NCBI GenBank assembly: GCA_017938725.1
Contig: JAGBAW010000026.1
Span: 9,014 to 73,013, forward strand
Direction: 5' to 3'
DNA: 64,000 bases
Source of the DNA: Bacilli bacterium
GTDB lineage: Bacteria; Bacillota_I; Bacilli_A; RF39; UBA660
Of this stretch, positions 52,801 to 62,265 are shown piece by piece (positions within the stretch are counted from its first letter, which is position 1; the number at the start of each line of letters is the position of its first letter). The position numbers and the translations under genes are program-made. The notes beneath the pieces were generated by a model. That model was not told where the DNA came from and did not search any database. It worked only from the letters and a program-made list of their open reading frames with translations.

Positions 52801-53861
52801 AGGGCGTAGAATGCGATCCAAATTTAAAAGGAACACTTATATACCCATCTAATACTTCAAATGTATCTGTTTATAATAGAACTATTTCAGGAAAAGTATT
52901 TGAAGATGAAGATTACAATGGATTATATGAAGATGAAAAAAAGCTAAGTAATCAAATAGTTGAACTATATAGGTTAAACAAAGAGGGAGAATTTGACCCT
53001 AATAATCCATTAGATGTAATTAGTGATGCAGATGAAAAAGTATCCAAATCAGATGTAACAACAGATAATAATGGGACATATTTATTTAATTCATTATCAT
53101 CGGGTAGTTATTATGTAAAAGTAACATTTGATTGTGACAAATATTCCGTTACAGATAAAAATAAAACAACAATAGATACCTTAGTTGATACTTCTTCAAT
53201 AGATTCAGACTTTATTGCTATACCTACTGAAAATTCTAATACATGTAGCGCAGTATCAAATATTATTACTTTAAATAATGATAATATAAATGCAAGAAAT
53301 ATTGATTTAGGCTTGAGAATAAAACAAAACTTCGATATAAAAATAAGTAAATATATTACAAACGTTACAATAAACTCTAATAGAGGGACACAATCAATTG
53401 ACTATGATAAGCAAACTAAGGTAAAAATTGACGTAAAAAATCTAAAAAATACGTCATTTAGGGTAACATATAATTTTGAAATAGAAAATACTAAGTATTT
53501 TCCTGGAACTATTGGTACTATAATGGAATCTATACCTGAGGGTATGACATTTGATCCTTCACTTTCAGAAAATGACGGATGGTATGAAACATCAAATGGT
53601 ACATTATATTATGAATATTTATCAAATACATTAATAATGCCTGGAGAAAAATATCATATAAAGATAGTATTAGATCTAGTAACAGATGAAGGTGGAGATT
53701 TTGTAAATATTGTATTGGCTGATGATTTAAGAGTAATGGGATCAGCATCAGATATTATTACTGATACAGAAATTGAAATACTTCCAGATGGAGAAACTGA
53801 AAACCCGGGTGAAGATTCAAATGGAGATACAAATGAAGATGAAGAAGGTGATTTTGAATGA
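49899..53861 (+). CDS. Giant membrane-anchored/secreted surface protein with an SdrD-B/CnaB-type domain
   Basis: N-terminal TM/signal. SGKVFEDEDYNG...NNGTYLFNSLSSGSYYVKV CnaB-like fold. Acidic C-terminus and no sorting signal. Its stop overlaps the next start (ATGA). Confidence 0.7.
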   Translation: MNKIKEFILKYKIILLIVLLVIASFGIYFFASAEEDIYANQIEVTNAISKIVDGTPNEDGSFDPNDDAGNDSSNSNKIVRNFDSITYDVSYNLRYKESTNLSAEDQKLDNIRNAIIDVLLPTSISANVSYGGNSDINQGPSSAKEVTINGINYNYYMFEINGIDISSPRTSSIVVSNINSKNNTKIEPIIRVRESTDQSAVAIDNNTDINNISKLNVEPVIVSAKENYGIKLYPGVLKKDYDNATIPVGVVIYLPKDPNKGIRGIEVPSSVEFNMTINDTTNSSSIIGTPTISNYDSSLYTIDGLPSADATNNGNAGIIVNGNTFTLNFTELKFSNNAVSINDVDVNYLSSKMVLFNVQRTTPKANITYSIGATNGVITSNNIEMNYNYDPYIGDYKTKVEFVNKNGSIPNPGEATYYFNEEFDIKNTIQYGFNGTYSGDNLNGFVNYLKIDEDAIELLESDNISDETKDYIVKFSGTDSPTKDNYSVKYGVGKWDSSYFEISGTCHISSKEDLMNYYGSSCVNDKNIVWYDTIEEAKKNGSIILIQFDYSGDFSAGTSATLTFKARAKNNSSNVGSTFAVISKGITTWNDNTYYLSETPMPLLDSSTGDTSMYYKKTEYDANHNIIANTNNPSGSYGNTLLVSAFKVGFDSIITKNSYDSEKSTIYSGLDDPVEIILTPTLSTYVGNKIESVSINVVLPQGLELYIKKGDKIPTIDNAAPSYKTLMYSFTSDEIAKNNGKIPNLILHAYISVGTPDNTIADITAAIDAVVSNGDKKYSSITSIDKRTIGARLTLRNTNKINALGTINQTYIDKNGEFTYKMRASNLSSDAATLELLNILPYSGDSIGDGSKFSGTLSVAIQDVLPEGYKIYYTSDAAKTILKNEIDSSEIKWIEWSDYNTYRKDITAIKIVSTSQIASGGYFVNDTGLTLKIKTDGNKETDIYYNNFYILERNAKLCEDGSSDLQTQGVECDPNLKGTLIYPSNTSNVSVYNRTISGKVFEDEDYNGLYEDEKKLSNQIVELYRLNKEGEFDPNNPLDVISDADEKVSKSDVTTDNNGTYLFNSLSSGSYYVKVTFDCDKYSVTDKNKTTIDTLVDTSSIDSDFIAIPTENSNTCSAVSNIITLNNDNINARNIDLGLRIKQNFDIKISKYITNVTINSNRGTQSIDYDKQTKVKIDVKNLKNTSFRVTYNFEIENTKYFPGTIGTIMESIPEGMTFDPSLSENDGWYETSNGTLYYEYLSNTLIMPGEKYHIKIVLDLVTDEGGDFVNIVLADDLRVMGSASDIITDTEIEILPDGETENPGEDSNGDTNEDEEGDFE

Positions 53862-56530
53862 AAATAAAAAAATTAAGTAAAATATTTATTATAATAACTT
53901 TCATTTTCCTTCTTCTACCTTTTAAAAATGTAGAAGCTGCAGATGCCACATATCATTATTATTGGCTTAAAACTGCAAATTATATAGACGAGAGCTATAT
54001 AGGAAAAAGTTATACCATTAATGGGGGAACCATTCATATAGAAAAAAATTTTTTGCTTCATGAAGTTAATCAAGGAAATAGTTGGTATCATGGATATTGT
54101 TTACATGCAGGGAAAGTTGTCTTGGGTAATCAACCATTAAAATTATATGAAGGTTTTACGCAATTAAAAAATTCTTCTAACAAGTTATTATCAAAGAGCC
54201 AGCAGATATTACTTAAAAATATAGTTGCTAGTGGATATCAAAATGGGAATAGAAAAGTAAATGGTAGTATACTTGATTCCAGTGCAAGGCATGATGTAGG
54301 TAGACAACAATATAGTTGTAAATCTAAAACCGTATGTGAAAAAATTATAGCCACACAACTATTAGTATGGGAAGCAATGGAAGGGGTAAGAACAAATTAT
54401 AACCCTGATAGTTTAAAAGAAAGTCATAAATCATATTATAACTTTGTAATAAATAATTCTGGAATATATAAACAATATAAGGCTATACTAGATGACGCTA
54501 AAAATTTAACTACCGATGGGAAAATACCTGCGGCATTTGGCAAAACATATACTTTACACTGGATTGATTCTTTAGGAAAATATTCATATTCCTCTTGGAA
54601 TAAAAGTAGTAATAAATATACTAGAGATAGTTTGCCTATAGGTAGTTATAGATATAAAACAGATACAAAGGGTAAAATTTCTCTTAGTATGAATGGAAAT
54701 AATCTTTATATTGATTCATCTGGAGCATTTACTAAAGCAGATAGTTACGATTTGAACTTTTATTTAACAAAGGGTAGTACATTGGATGTTAATAATGAAT
54801 TTAGGTGGTATAAATTTACCAGTGGGTCAGGCTATCAAGATATTTTAATGGGGGATCATAAAGTTGAATTTATGCAATCATTAAAAGTAAAAACAGAAAA
54901 AGGTAAATTTTACATAGCTAAATATTCAAATGATTCTGGCACTATAAAGAAATTAACAGGTGCAGAATTTGAAGTTTATAAATGTAAAAAGAAAGGTAGT
55001 TGTGATAAAAAATCTACTGGAAAAATAGATTTGGGAAGTAATTATTATGGATATTTAGAGATAAATAAGTCAGGTCTATATAGAGTAGTTGAGTCAAAAG
55101 CACCATCTGGATATAATAAAATAAGTGAAGTATATGTAAATTTAAAAATTACAGATGGTGGAAAGGTAGAAATTATATCTGTTGATAGGGGATTGAACTC
55201 TAATGAGAGTATTAAAATTACAAAGGGTGAATCAACAGGCCGTATATATTTATCTATATATAATACTAAGAAATCTTTAGAAATTAAAAAAATTGATGGT
55301 GTAACTGGAAATGCAATAAAAGGTGCAACATTCCAAATAAAAGATTCTAAAGGTAATATATTGAAATTTAATAGAACAAAAGAGGGATACTATGATTACT
55401 CAGCATCTGGCAAAATAGATAAAATAGTAGATAGTAATATGAGTTCATATCATATATCTTTATTACCTGTTGGTTCATATACATTAATAGAAACTGCAGT
55501 GCCTTCTCCATATGTATTGCCAGCTAAACAAACAGATAGAGAAACTTATTTTAAAGTTACTTCTACAAATAGTAATCCATATAGTTATTGTACTTTAAGC
55601 AGTCTTACTAGCAAAAGTTGTATAGGAAATACTAATAATGTTGCAATTAAAGTAAAAAATTATACAACAAAGGTAGTCGTAAATAAAACAGGTAACGAGG
55701 GTGCCAAGTTATCTGGTGTAAAATTTAAACTTTATGATAAATCAAAATCAAAAGAAATAATTTTAAGTTTAAATAATACTGGTTCATATAATTATGTTCA
55801 AAATCAAACAGGAACTACAATTGATTTAGTAACAAACGAAAATGGACAAATAATAATCAATAATTTACCTGAAGGGACATATTACTTAAAAGAAATAGAG
55901 GCAGCATTAGGATATGAAATAGATGAGTCAGTACAGTGGACAGAGATTAAAGTATCTATAAATACTAAATTAAGTAATATATCTCAAATAGGAAAAACAG
56001 AAGTACAAATATCAAATGCTAAAGGTACATTTAATTTCTATAAAATAGATGAAGATGGAAACTATTTAAATTCTGGTAAATTTAAATTACAAGTTTATAA
56101 TGATAATAATGGAAAATATGAAGATGCAGCAGTTAACTACGATAACGAAAAAAATGTATATTCAATTGATAAAACGGGCAAAAGTGATATTTACACATTT
56201 ACTCCAACAAATGGGGTTGTAACATTTGTTAATGTTGATAAAGCTGGTAAGTATAGAATTGTTGAAATTGAAGCACCTGAAGGATTTGTGTTACCATCAT
56301 CTAATGATGCATTTGTTGAATTTTCTGTAAATGGTAATGGCTATATAAATGGTGATTTAACAATGATTAATAAAAAAGTTACTAAAGGTGATGGGAAACA
56401 AGCACAAGCAGAACTTATTATAAATATTCAAACAGGTCAGCAAAGAATTCGATATTTTGTTATTATTGCAGTATTACTTGTAATAATTACAGCACTATTC
56501 ATACTAAAAAATAAATTTAATAAAAAATAG
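53858..56530 (+). CDS. Thioester-domain (TQXA-like) adhesin with four Cna-B/SpaA-type domains and a sortase-B-like sorting signal
   Basis: Signal peptide. Candidate thioester Cys in YHGYCLHAG, with ATQLLVWEA. Four GxxFxVY...G.Y.L.E...P.GY modules. C-terminal NIQTG, then a hydrophobic helix and a KNKFNKK tail. Confidence 0.75.
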   Translation: MKIKKLSKIFIIITFIFLLLPFKNVEAADATYHYYWLKTANYIDESYIGKSYTINGGTIHIEKNFLLHEVNQGNSWYHGYCLHAGKVVLGNQPLKLYEGFTQLKNSSNKLLSKSQQILLKNIVASGYQNGNRKVNGSILDSSARHDVGRQQYSCKSKTVCEKIIATQLLVWEAMEGVRTNYNPDSLKESHKSYYNFVINNSGIYKQYKAILDDAKNLTTDGKIPAAFGKTYTLHWIDSLGKYSYSSWNKSSNKYTRDSLPIGSYRYKTDTKGKISLSMNGNNLYIDSSGAFTKADSYDLNFYLTKGSTLDVNNEFRWYKFTSGSGYQDILMGDHKVEFMQSLKVKTEKGKFYIAKYSNDSGTIKKLTGAEFEVYKCKKKGSCDKKSTGKIDLGSNYYGYLEINKSGLYRVVESKAPSGYNKISEVYVNLKITDGGKVEIISVDRGLNSNESIKITKGESTGRIYLSIYNTKKSLEIKKIDGVTGNAIKGATFQIKDSKGNILKFNRTKEGYYDYSASGKIDKIVDSNMSSYHISLLPVGSYTLIETAVPSPYVLPAKQTDRETYFKVTSTNSNPYSYCTLSSLTSKSCIGNTNNVAIKVKNYTTKVVVNKTGNEGAKLSGVKFKLYDKSKSKEIILSLNNTGSYNYVQNQTGTTIDLVTNENGQIIINNLPEGTYYLKEIEAALGYEIDESVQWTEIKVSINTKLSNISQIGKTEVQISNAKGTFNFYKIDEDGNYLNSGKFKLQVYNDNNGKYEDAAVNYDNEKNVYSIDKTGKSDIYTFTPTNGVVTFVNVDKAGKYRIVEIEAPEGFVLPSSNDAFVEFSVNGNGYINGDLTMINKKVTKGDGKQAQAELIINIQTGQQRIRYFVIIAVLLVIITALFILKNKFNKK

Positions 56531-56615
56531 GAATTATTAATATAATTTCTTTTTTTTATATTTATATGTATAAAAAAAATGATTTTTACCAAATTATTTA
56601 TTGAAGGAGGAAATT

Positions 56616-57281
56616 ATGAAAAAATTTATTGTAGCATTAATGGTTATTTTCTTATCAGCATGTACTTTAGGTGCAGCAGTTACACCAAAACAAAAGGTAT
56701 CTGAATTTTTAGATAAATATAAAAATCAAGATTCAAATATTATTTCTCAATTAGAAGAAACAATCAAAAATGATATTACTAACACTGATTATAGAGATAG
56801 ATATAAAACTTTAATGACTAATCAGTATAAGAATATGGAATATGATATTAAAGAAGAAATAATTGAAGAAGATAATGCTGTAGTAGAGGTAGAAATAACA
56901 GTATATGATTATGCATCTGCTATTAGAAATTCAAATGAATATTTAAATGAACACTCAGATGAATTTTCTAAGGATAAAACAACTGCTAATATTGCTGAAG
57001 ATATAAAAGATACAGCCGAAGATATAAAAGATAATGTAGAAGAAAAAGCAAATGAAGCAAAAGATAACTTAGAATCTGATAATAATACTAATAAAACTGA
57101 TACTACTGGTAATTATGATGAAGATAAGTTTATGGATTATAAATTAAAACAAATGGAAAATGTAACTGATAAAGTAAAATATACTATTGAATTTACTTTA
57201 ACTAAAGTTAATGGAGAATGGCAACTTGATGCATTAAGTAATAGTGATATAGAAAAATTACATGGTATATACACAGGATAA
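56616..57281 (+). CDS. Putative lipoprotein
   Basis: Lipobox LSACT and an acidic repeat (AEDIKD). Confidence 0.5.
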   Translation: MKKFIVALMVIFLSACTLGAAVTPKQKVSEFLDKYKNQDSNIISQLEETIKNDITNTDYRDRYKTLMTNQYKNMEYDIKEEIIEEDNAVVEVEITVYDYASAIRNSNEYLNEHSDEFSKDKTTANIAEDIKDTAEDIKDNVEEKANEAKDNLESDNNTNKTDTTGNYDEDKFMDYKLKQMENVTDKVKYTIEFTLTKVNGEWQLDALSNSDIEKLHGIYTG

Positions 57282-57338
57282 GGACTATTTATAGTCTTTT
57301 TTTTAATTTAACTAATATATTTATATTGAGGTATGCTT

Positions 57339-58352
57339 ATGAAGAAAATTTTAATTTCATTTATATTATTATTTTGTTTTTGCATAAATGCTAATGCTTT
57401 ATCTGTTCCTAGTAACAATGCAATATTAATTGATCAAGATTCAGGAAGAGTATTATATTCAAAGAGTTCTAACAATCCACATTTAATTGCAAGTACTACA
57501 AAAATAATGACTGCAGTTCTTGCAATAGAATCTGGTAAATTAGATGAAATAGTTACTATAAATGAAAGTGTTTTAGAATCTCATGGATCAGGTATTTATG
57601 TATCTGTAGGTGAAAAAATTACTCTTAGAAACTTAGTATATGGCCTACTTTTAAGAAGTGGTAATGATGCCGCTCTTGCAATTGAAGATTATTTAGGGGG
57701 ACATGAGAAATTTGTTAAAGCAATGAATGATAAGGCTATAGAAATTGGCATGAAAAATACTACATTTAATAATGCTAGTGGACTTGATGATGATGAAAAG
57801 GGTAATTATTCAACTTGTTATGACATGGCGATATTAATGAAGTACGCAAATAATTTATATGATTTTAGAGAAATAGATAGTACTAAAAAAATTATTGTTC
57901 AAACAGATATGAAAACATATTCATGGACAAATAAAAATAAATTATTATTTTCATATAAATATGCAACAGGTGGTAAAACCGGCTATACTATAAAAGCCAA
58001 AAGGACACTTGTAACAAGTGCTACGAAAGATAATGTTAATCTAATTGCGGTAACATTTAATGATCCGGATGATTTTGATACACATAAAAAATTATATGAA
58101 TATGGTTTTACTAATTATAGTAATTATCTAATAATAAATAAAGATAGGATAAAAATAAAAAGTGATAAATATAAAAATAGATTATATGTTAAAAATAATT
58201 ACTATTATTTAATGACAAATAATGAGAGGGAAAATATAAATACAAATGTTGTTATGTACGATAAGATGGATAAAGGCACCAGAGAAGTAGGATATATAGA
58301 AGTATTTTATAAAAATAAAAGTGTTCATAAAGAATATGTCTATGCAAAATAA
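57339..58352 (+). CDS. D-alanyl-D-alanine carboxypeptidase (S11)
   Basis: Signal peptide and an ASTTKIMT SxxK motif. Confidence 0.85.
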   Translation: MKKILISFILLFCFCINANALSVPSNNAILIDQDSGRVLYSKSSNNPHLIASTTKIMTAVLAIESGKLDEIVTINESVLESHGSGIYVSVGEKITLRNLVYGLLLRSGNDAALAIEDYLGGHEKFVKAMNDKAIEIGMKNTTFNNASGLDDDEKGNYSTCYDMAILMKYANNLYDFREIDSTKKIIVQTDMKTYSWTNKNKLLFSYKYATGGKTGYTIKAKRTLVTSATKDNVNLIAVTFNDPDDFDTHKKLYEYGFTNYSNYLIINKDRIKIKSDKYKNRLYVKNNYYYLMTNNERENINTNVVMYDKMDKGTREVGYIEVFYKNKSVHKEYVYAK

Positions 58353-58412
58353 TCAATTTGATTATTTTTTCTATTTATGTTATACTTTCTCTCGTAGTTT
58401 GGAGGAATAATT

Positions 58413-59141
58413 ATGTTAAGGTTACAAAAAGCAATTGCGGATTCAGGATTTTGTTCAAGAAGAAAAGCTGAGGAATATATAGTAAAAGGTAAAGTATCAG
58501 TTAATGGTAAAAAAGTTACGGAACTTGGTACAAAAGTATCTGAGAAAGACGAAATAATGGTAGATGGGAATGCCTTATTAAAACAAGATAAAGAATATTA
58601 TGTTTTTTATAAACCAAGAGGTGTAATTTGTTCTACAAATGATGATAAAGGAAGGAAGACAGTATTAGATTTCTTTAATTCAAATAAAAGATTATATCCA
58701 GTAGGTAGACTAGATTATGATACAACAGGTATTATATTTCTTACAAATGATGGTGAGTTTGCAAATATGATGCTTCATCCAAAAAATAATATACCTAAAG
58801 TTTATATAGCTAAATTAAGTGGAGTTATAGATGGTGCAGATATAAAAAAAATAAAAAGTGGTGTAGTTATTGATGAAGTTAAATGTACTCCAGACAGGGT
58901 AAAATTAAAAAGTGTTGATAGAAAAAATAATACATGTATTGTACAAATAACTATTCATGATGGAAGAAATCATGAAATAAAAAAAATATTTGGAAGTGTT
59001 GGACATGAAGTTTTAAAATTAAAAAGGGAATCGATAGGTTTTATTACACTTGACGGTTTAACATCTGGTAAATCAAGAAAATTAACAACTAAAGAGGTTA
59101 AACAATTATATGCTTATGCAAATGATACAAAAAGAGAATAA
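58413..59141 (+). CDS. rluB: Pseudouridine synthase (RsuA/RluB family)
   Basis: S4 domain (RLQKAIADSGFCSRR) and the catalytic GRLDYDTTG. Confidence 0.85.
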   Translation: MLRLQKAIADSGFCSRRKAEEYIVKGKVSVNGKKVTELGTKVSEKDEIMVDGNALLKQDKEYYVFYKPRGVICSTNDDKGRKTVLDFFNSNKRLYPVGRLDYDTTGIIFLTNDGEFANMMLHPKNNIPKVYIAKLSGVIDGADIKKIKSGVVIDEVKCTPDRVKLKSVDRKNNTCIVQITIHDGRNHEIKKIFGSVGHEVLKLKRESIGFITLDGLTSGKSRKLTTKEVKQLYAYANDTKRE

Positions 59142-59162
59142 GGAATATTATTTAATATAATA

Positions 59163-59198
59163 TAAAACTATTTTACAATATATAAAATAGTTTTTATT
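59163..59198. terminator. Bidirectional terminator
   Basis: 11-bp stem aaaactatttt / aaaatagtttt. Confidence 0.55.
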
Positions 59199-59269
59199 TG
59201 TAATAATCATTTTATATAATAGGTGCAAGAATATTAATACTAAAGAATGGGTAAATGGTAAATTCATAC

Positions 59270-60610
59270 TTACTTTGAAAGTGTGGTGCCTGGATAATAA
59301 TGAGATAATATACTTTGGTAGTTATATCCAGCATTTGCCATGCCATTCGCACCATATTGACTCATACCAACACCATGACCATATCCTCTTGTTGTAATAC
59401 TTGCAGTACTATCATTAATTGAAATATCAAAATCTGCACTTCTTAAACCTAATGTTTCTCTTACTTGTTTCCCAGTAAAAGTATAACCAGCAATTGTTAT
59501 TTCTTTAATATTATTTCCGTCTGTATAATTAATAACCTCAATAATTGAATCAGATGATAAATTAATGCCAAGTTTAGATGAGATTGTATTTAAATCCATT
59601 GTTGTTGTCCTTAAATAACTTGATGCAAATTTATCATAATCGGATGTAACACTAACTAAATAAGGATAATAATTACCAAATACATCAAGTGATGATTCCG
59701 TCTTACCATTATTGGTAGAATGATATAAAGCTTCAATATAATTTCCATTATATGCTAGATATTGTCCTTTTGTATATTCCACAGCATTTTTTATTTTATT
59801 ATAATAAGTATTATAAGATGATCCCCACTTACTTTGCATCTGCCCAGCATCAATATAAGCTTGCGTACTAACTGTGTCGGTTAGGGTCTTACCAGTACTT
59901 TTTGCTTTTAACGCATAAGTTCTTGCTAGAATACTTTGAGCTTTCAAGGCCTCCGAATTAAAGGAAGCAGGCATTTCAGCAGCAACTACACCTATTACGT
60001 ATTCTTCTAAATCAATTGTAATAACAGAACCATTACTTCTATGAATAGTAACAGTAGTTCCTGAAATTATTTGATTTGATTGCATACTTGAACTACCTGA
60101 CGTAATTGTACTGTTATTACTTGTAGAAACTTGAGTATTATTGGTTTTAGTTGAACTATTATTTGGTTGTGATTGATTTGAAATAGTAATTTTTTGCGAA
60201 CTTTGATTATTAATTTTAGTTTTTACATTATTAGTACTAGTTGTACTATTAGATTCTTGGCTTTTATTTTCACTTACATTTTCGTTTGAGTTTCCAATTT
60301 GTATTTTATTTTCTTCAGTTTTATTATCTTCCTTAGCAATATACGTTATAGTATTTTTAAAATTTGGAACATATGTAATATTTTCTTTTGTTATACCACT
60401 ATTTATATTAGTAAGTATTATACTTCCAATAATAACTCCACTACAAGTAAGAACTATTTTTCCTTTTTTTAAATCAATTTTCATTTTATTTATATAATCT
60501 TTTATTTCATCAACAATTTTTTTACCTTTTTTAAAAGAACCTCCAAATTCATAATTAACATCTATTTCTAAATATAATATATCATCTTTAATAATATGGC
60601 ATCTAAACAT
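59270..60610 (-). CDS. SpoIID/LytB domain protein
   Basis: N-terminal TM, an S/T/N-rich linker, and a C-terminal SpoIID domain (YHSTNNGKTE, GHGVGMSQYGA). Confidence 0.75.
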   Translation of the reverse strand: MFRCHIIKDDILYLEIDVNYEFGGSFKKGKKIVDEIKDYINKMKIDLKKGKIVLTCSGVIIGSIILTNINSGITKENITYVPNFKNTITYIAKEDNKTEENKIQIGNSNENVSENKSQESNSTTSTNNVKTKINNQSSQKITISNQSQPNNSSTKTNNTQVSTSNNSTITSGSSSMQSNQIISGTTVTIHRSNGSVITIDLEEYVIGVVAAEMPASFNSEALKAQSILARTYALKAKSTGKTLTDTVSTQAYIDAGQMQSKWGSSYNTYYNKIKNAVEYTKGQYLAYNGNYIEALYHSTNNGKTESSLDVFGNYYPYLVSVTSDYDKFASSYLRTTTMDLNTISSKLGINLSSDSIIEVINYTDGNNIKEITIAGYTFTGKQVRETLGLRSADFDISINDSTASITTRGYGHGVGMSQYGANGMANAGYNYQSILSHYYPGTTLSK

Positions 60611-60710
60611 ATAATCACCATTATTAATGTGAACAATTTTTTGTAAAATAAACTTTAAATACTTGTTATTTAAATTATAATATGGTATATTATTAGAGTA
60701 AAAATTTTAT

Positions 60711-60787
60711 GGCGGAATTGGTGAAGTGGTTAACACGGCAGATTGTGGCTCTGTTATGCAAGGGTTCGACTCCCTTATTTCGCCCCA
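60711..60787 (+). tRNA. tRNA-His (anticodon GUG)
   Basis: Hand-folded. G-1 and 7-bp acceptor GCGGAAT/ATTTCGC, discriminator C. D-arm GGTG..CAC. Anticodon stem GCAGA/TCTGT with loop TTGTGGC (GTG). T-arm AAGGG-TTCGACT-CCCTT. Encoded CCA. Confidence 0.85.
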
Positions 60788-60886
60788 TCGATTGAATTTT
60801 ACGCACACCTTTGTGCTAAGATAAAGTAAAAGTTCGTAATACTTGATATTATGGACTTTTTTCTTTGCAAAGGTGGTGAGTTTATA

Positions 60887-61183
60887 ATGAGAATCGTGTC
60901 CATAGAAATTTTAGAATTTCCTTTGTGTATAAAAAGTAAGATATTAAGAATTAAAAATATTACCAAACTAAATATAGAATATATTGCAGGTAAGAATATT
61001 GTATTTAATAACTCTAATTTAGGATTAAAGGAACCACATAAGATTATCATTAGTAATAATACTCAAGGTATCGTTTTACTTTGTTATGATGATGACACTA
61101 ATTTATATGATGAAAATTTATCTAGGACTATTACGATAACTGAATTAACCAACATAGTTGAATACTTATTAAAAGAAAATTAA
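60887..61183 (+). CDS. Hypothetical protein, first ORF of the tRNA-His island
   Basis: About 99 aa from ATG 60887; the track gives 60851. No family recognised. Confidence 0.3.
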   Translation: MRIVSIEILEFPLCIKSKILRIKNITKLNIEYIAGKNIVFNNSNLGLKEPHKIIISNNTQGIVLLCYDDDTNLYDENLSRTITITELTNIVEYLLKEN

Positions 61184-61382
61184 AAAAATTTTAAAATTTA
61201 TTTTTTCCTTTATTTATAAGGGATAAATAGCCGTTTTAAGGGGTGCCTTTCAAACTATTACAAATAATTCCTAACAAAAAAGAATCAAGATTAGATAAAG
61301 AAAGTTTAACATTACTATCAATAAATGCCTAAAATATGATAAAATATATATGTATATATCGGTAACTTTGGAGGTTATAAAT

Positions 61383-62204
61383 ATGAATGAATTATATTCA
61401 ATATGTTGGAATATTACCAATAAATGTAATGAAAATTGTAAATTCTGTTATAGAAAAATATGTGATGATAACTCGTTAGAGGAAAATAAAAAAATATTTG
61501 ATAATATATCTAAGATAAAGATTGATAAAATAACTTTTTCTGGTGGAGAACCATTATTATATGAAGATTTATTTAAATTAGGTGATTATATAAAAAGTAA
61601 GAATCCTGAAATTAAATTATCTTTAACTACTAATGGTCAAATGATAAATGATGACCTATTTAATAAGATAATAAACACATTTGATTGGATTTCGTTTTCT
61701 ATTGATAGTTCAAATACTAATGTTAATGATGAAATTGGTAGAGGTAAAAATCATCTTGAAAAGATAGTAAGTTTATTAGATAAATTTAATAATAAAATAA
61801 AACTAAAGATTAATACAGTTGCTAATAAATACAATATTGATGATTTAGAAAATATTTATAATATAATTTCAAAATATCATATTAGCAGATGGAAGATTTT
61901 TAGGTTCTATCCATTAAGAAAAGGAAAAGAAAATGAAAAGTTATTTTATTTAAATGATTCAGAGTCGCAATTAGTCGAAGACTATGTAACAAGTAAACAA
62001 AAGCATGATTCAAAAATAAAAATTCATTATAATAATTTAAATGAATTTACTACATCATACTTTAACATTTATCCAGATGGTAGTATTGAAAATAGTAAGG
62101 ATGAAGATATCGGAAATTTATTATATGATGATATTTTAAACATTTTAAAAATAAAGAAAAATGACTTAATTAATCATAATTTAAGAAAAAACAATGAATT
62201 ATAA
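61383..62204 (+). CDS. Prokaryotic viperin-like radical SAM enzyme (pVip candidate)
   Basis: TNKCNENCKFCY vs viperin TRQCNYKCGFCF. KITFSGGEPLL vs KINFSGGEPFL. ISFSIDSSNTNVNDEIGRGKNH vs [30 protein letters not shown] vs KINSVIN. RWKIF vs RWKVF. No SPASM cysteines. GGAGGT ribosome-binding site. Confidence 0.65.
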   Translation: MNELYSICWNITNKCNENCKFCYRKICDDNSLEENKKIFDNISKIKIDKITFSGGEPLLYEDLFKLGDYIKSKNPEIKLSLTTNGQMINDDLFNKIINTFDWISFSIDSSNTNVNDEIGRGKNHLEKIVSLLDKFNNKIKLKINTVANKYNIDDLENIYNIISKYHISRWKIFRFYPLRKGKENEKLFYLNDSESQLVEDYVTSKQKHDSKIKIHYNNLNEFTTSYFNIYPDGSIENSKDEDIGNLLYDDILNILKIKKNDLINHNLRKNNEL

Positions 62205-62226
62205 AAAATTCTGTTGTATTAATTTT

Positions 62227-62249
62227 GAGCAAGAGATTGCTCTTTTTTT
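62227..62249 (+). terminator. Rho-independent terminator immediately after the pVip gene
   Basis: gagcaa-gaga-ttgctc plus T7. Confidence 0.6.
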
Positions 62250-62265
62250 GTTGTTTAAATTTAGA

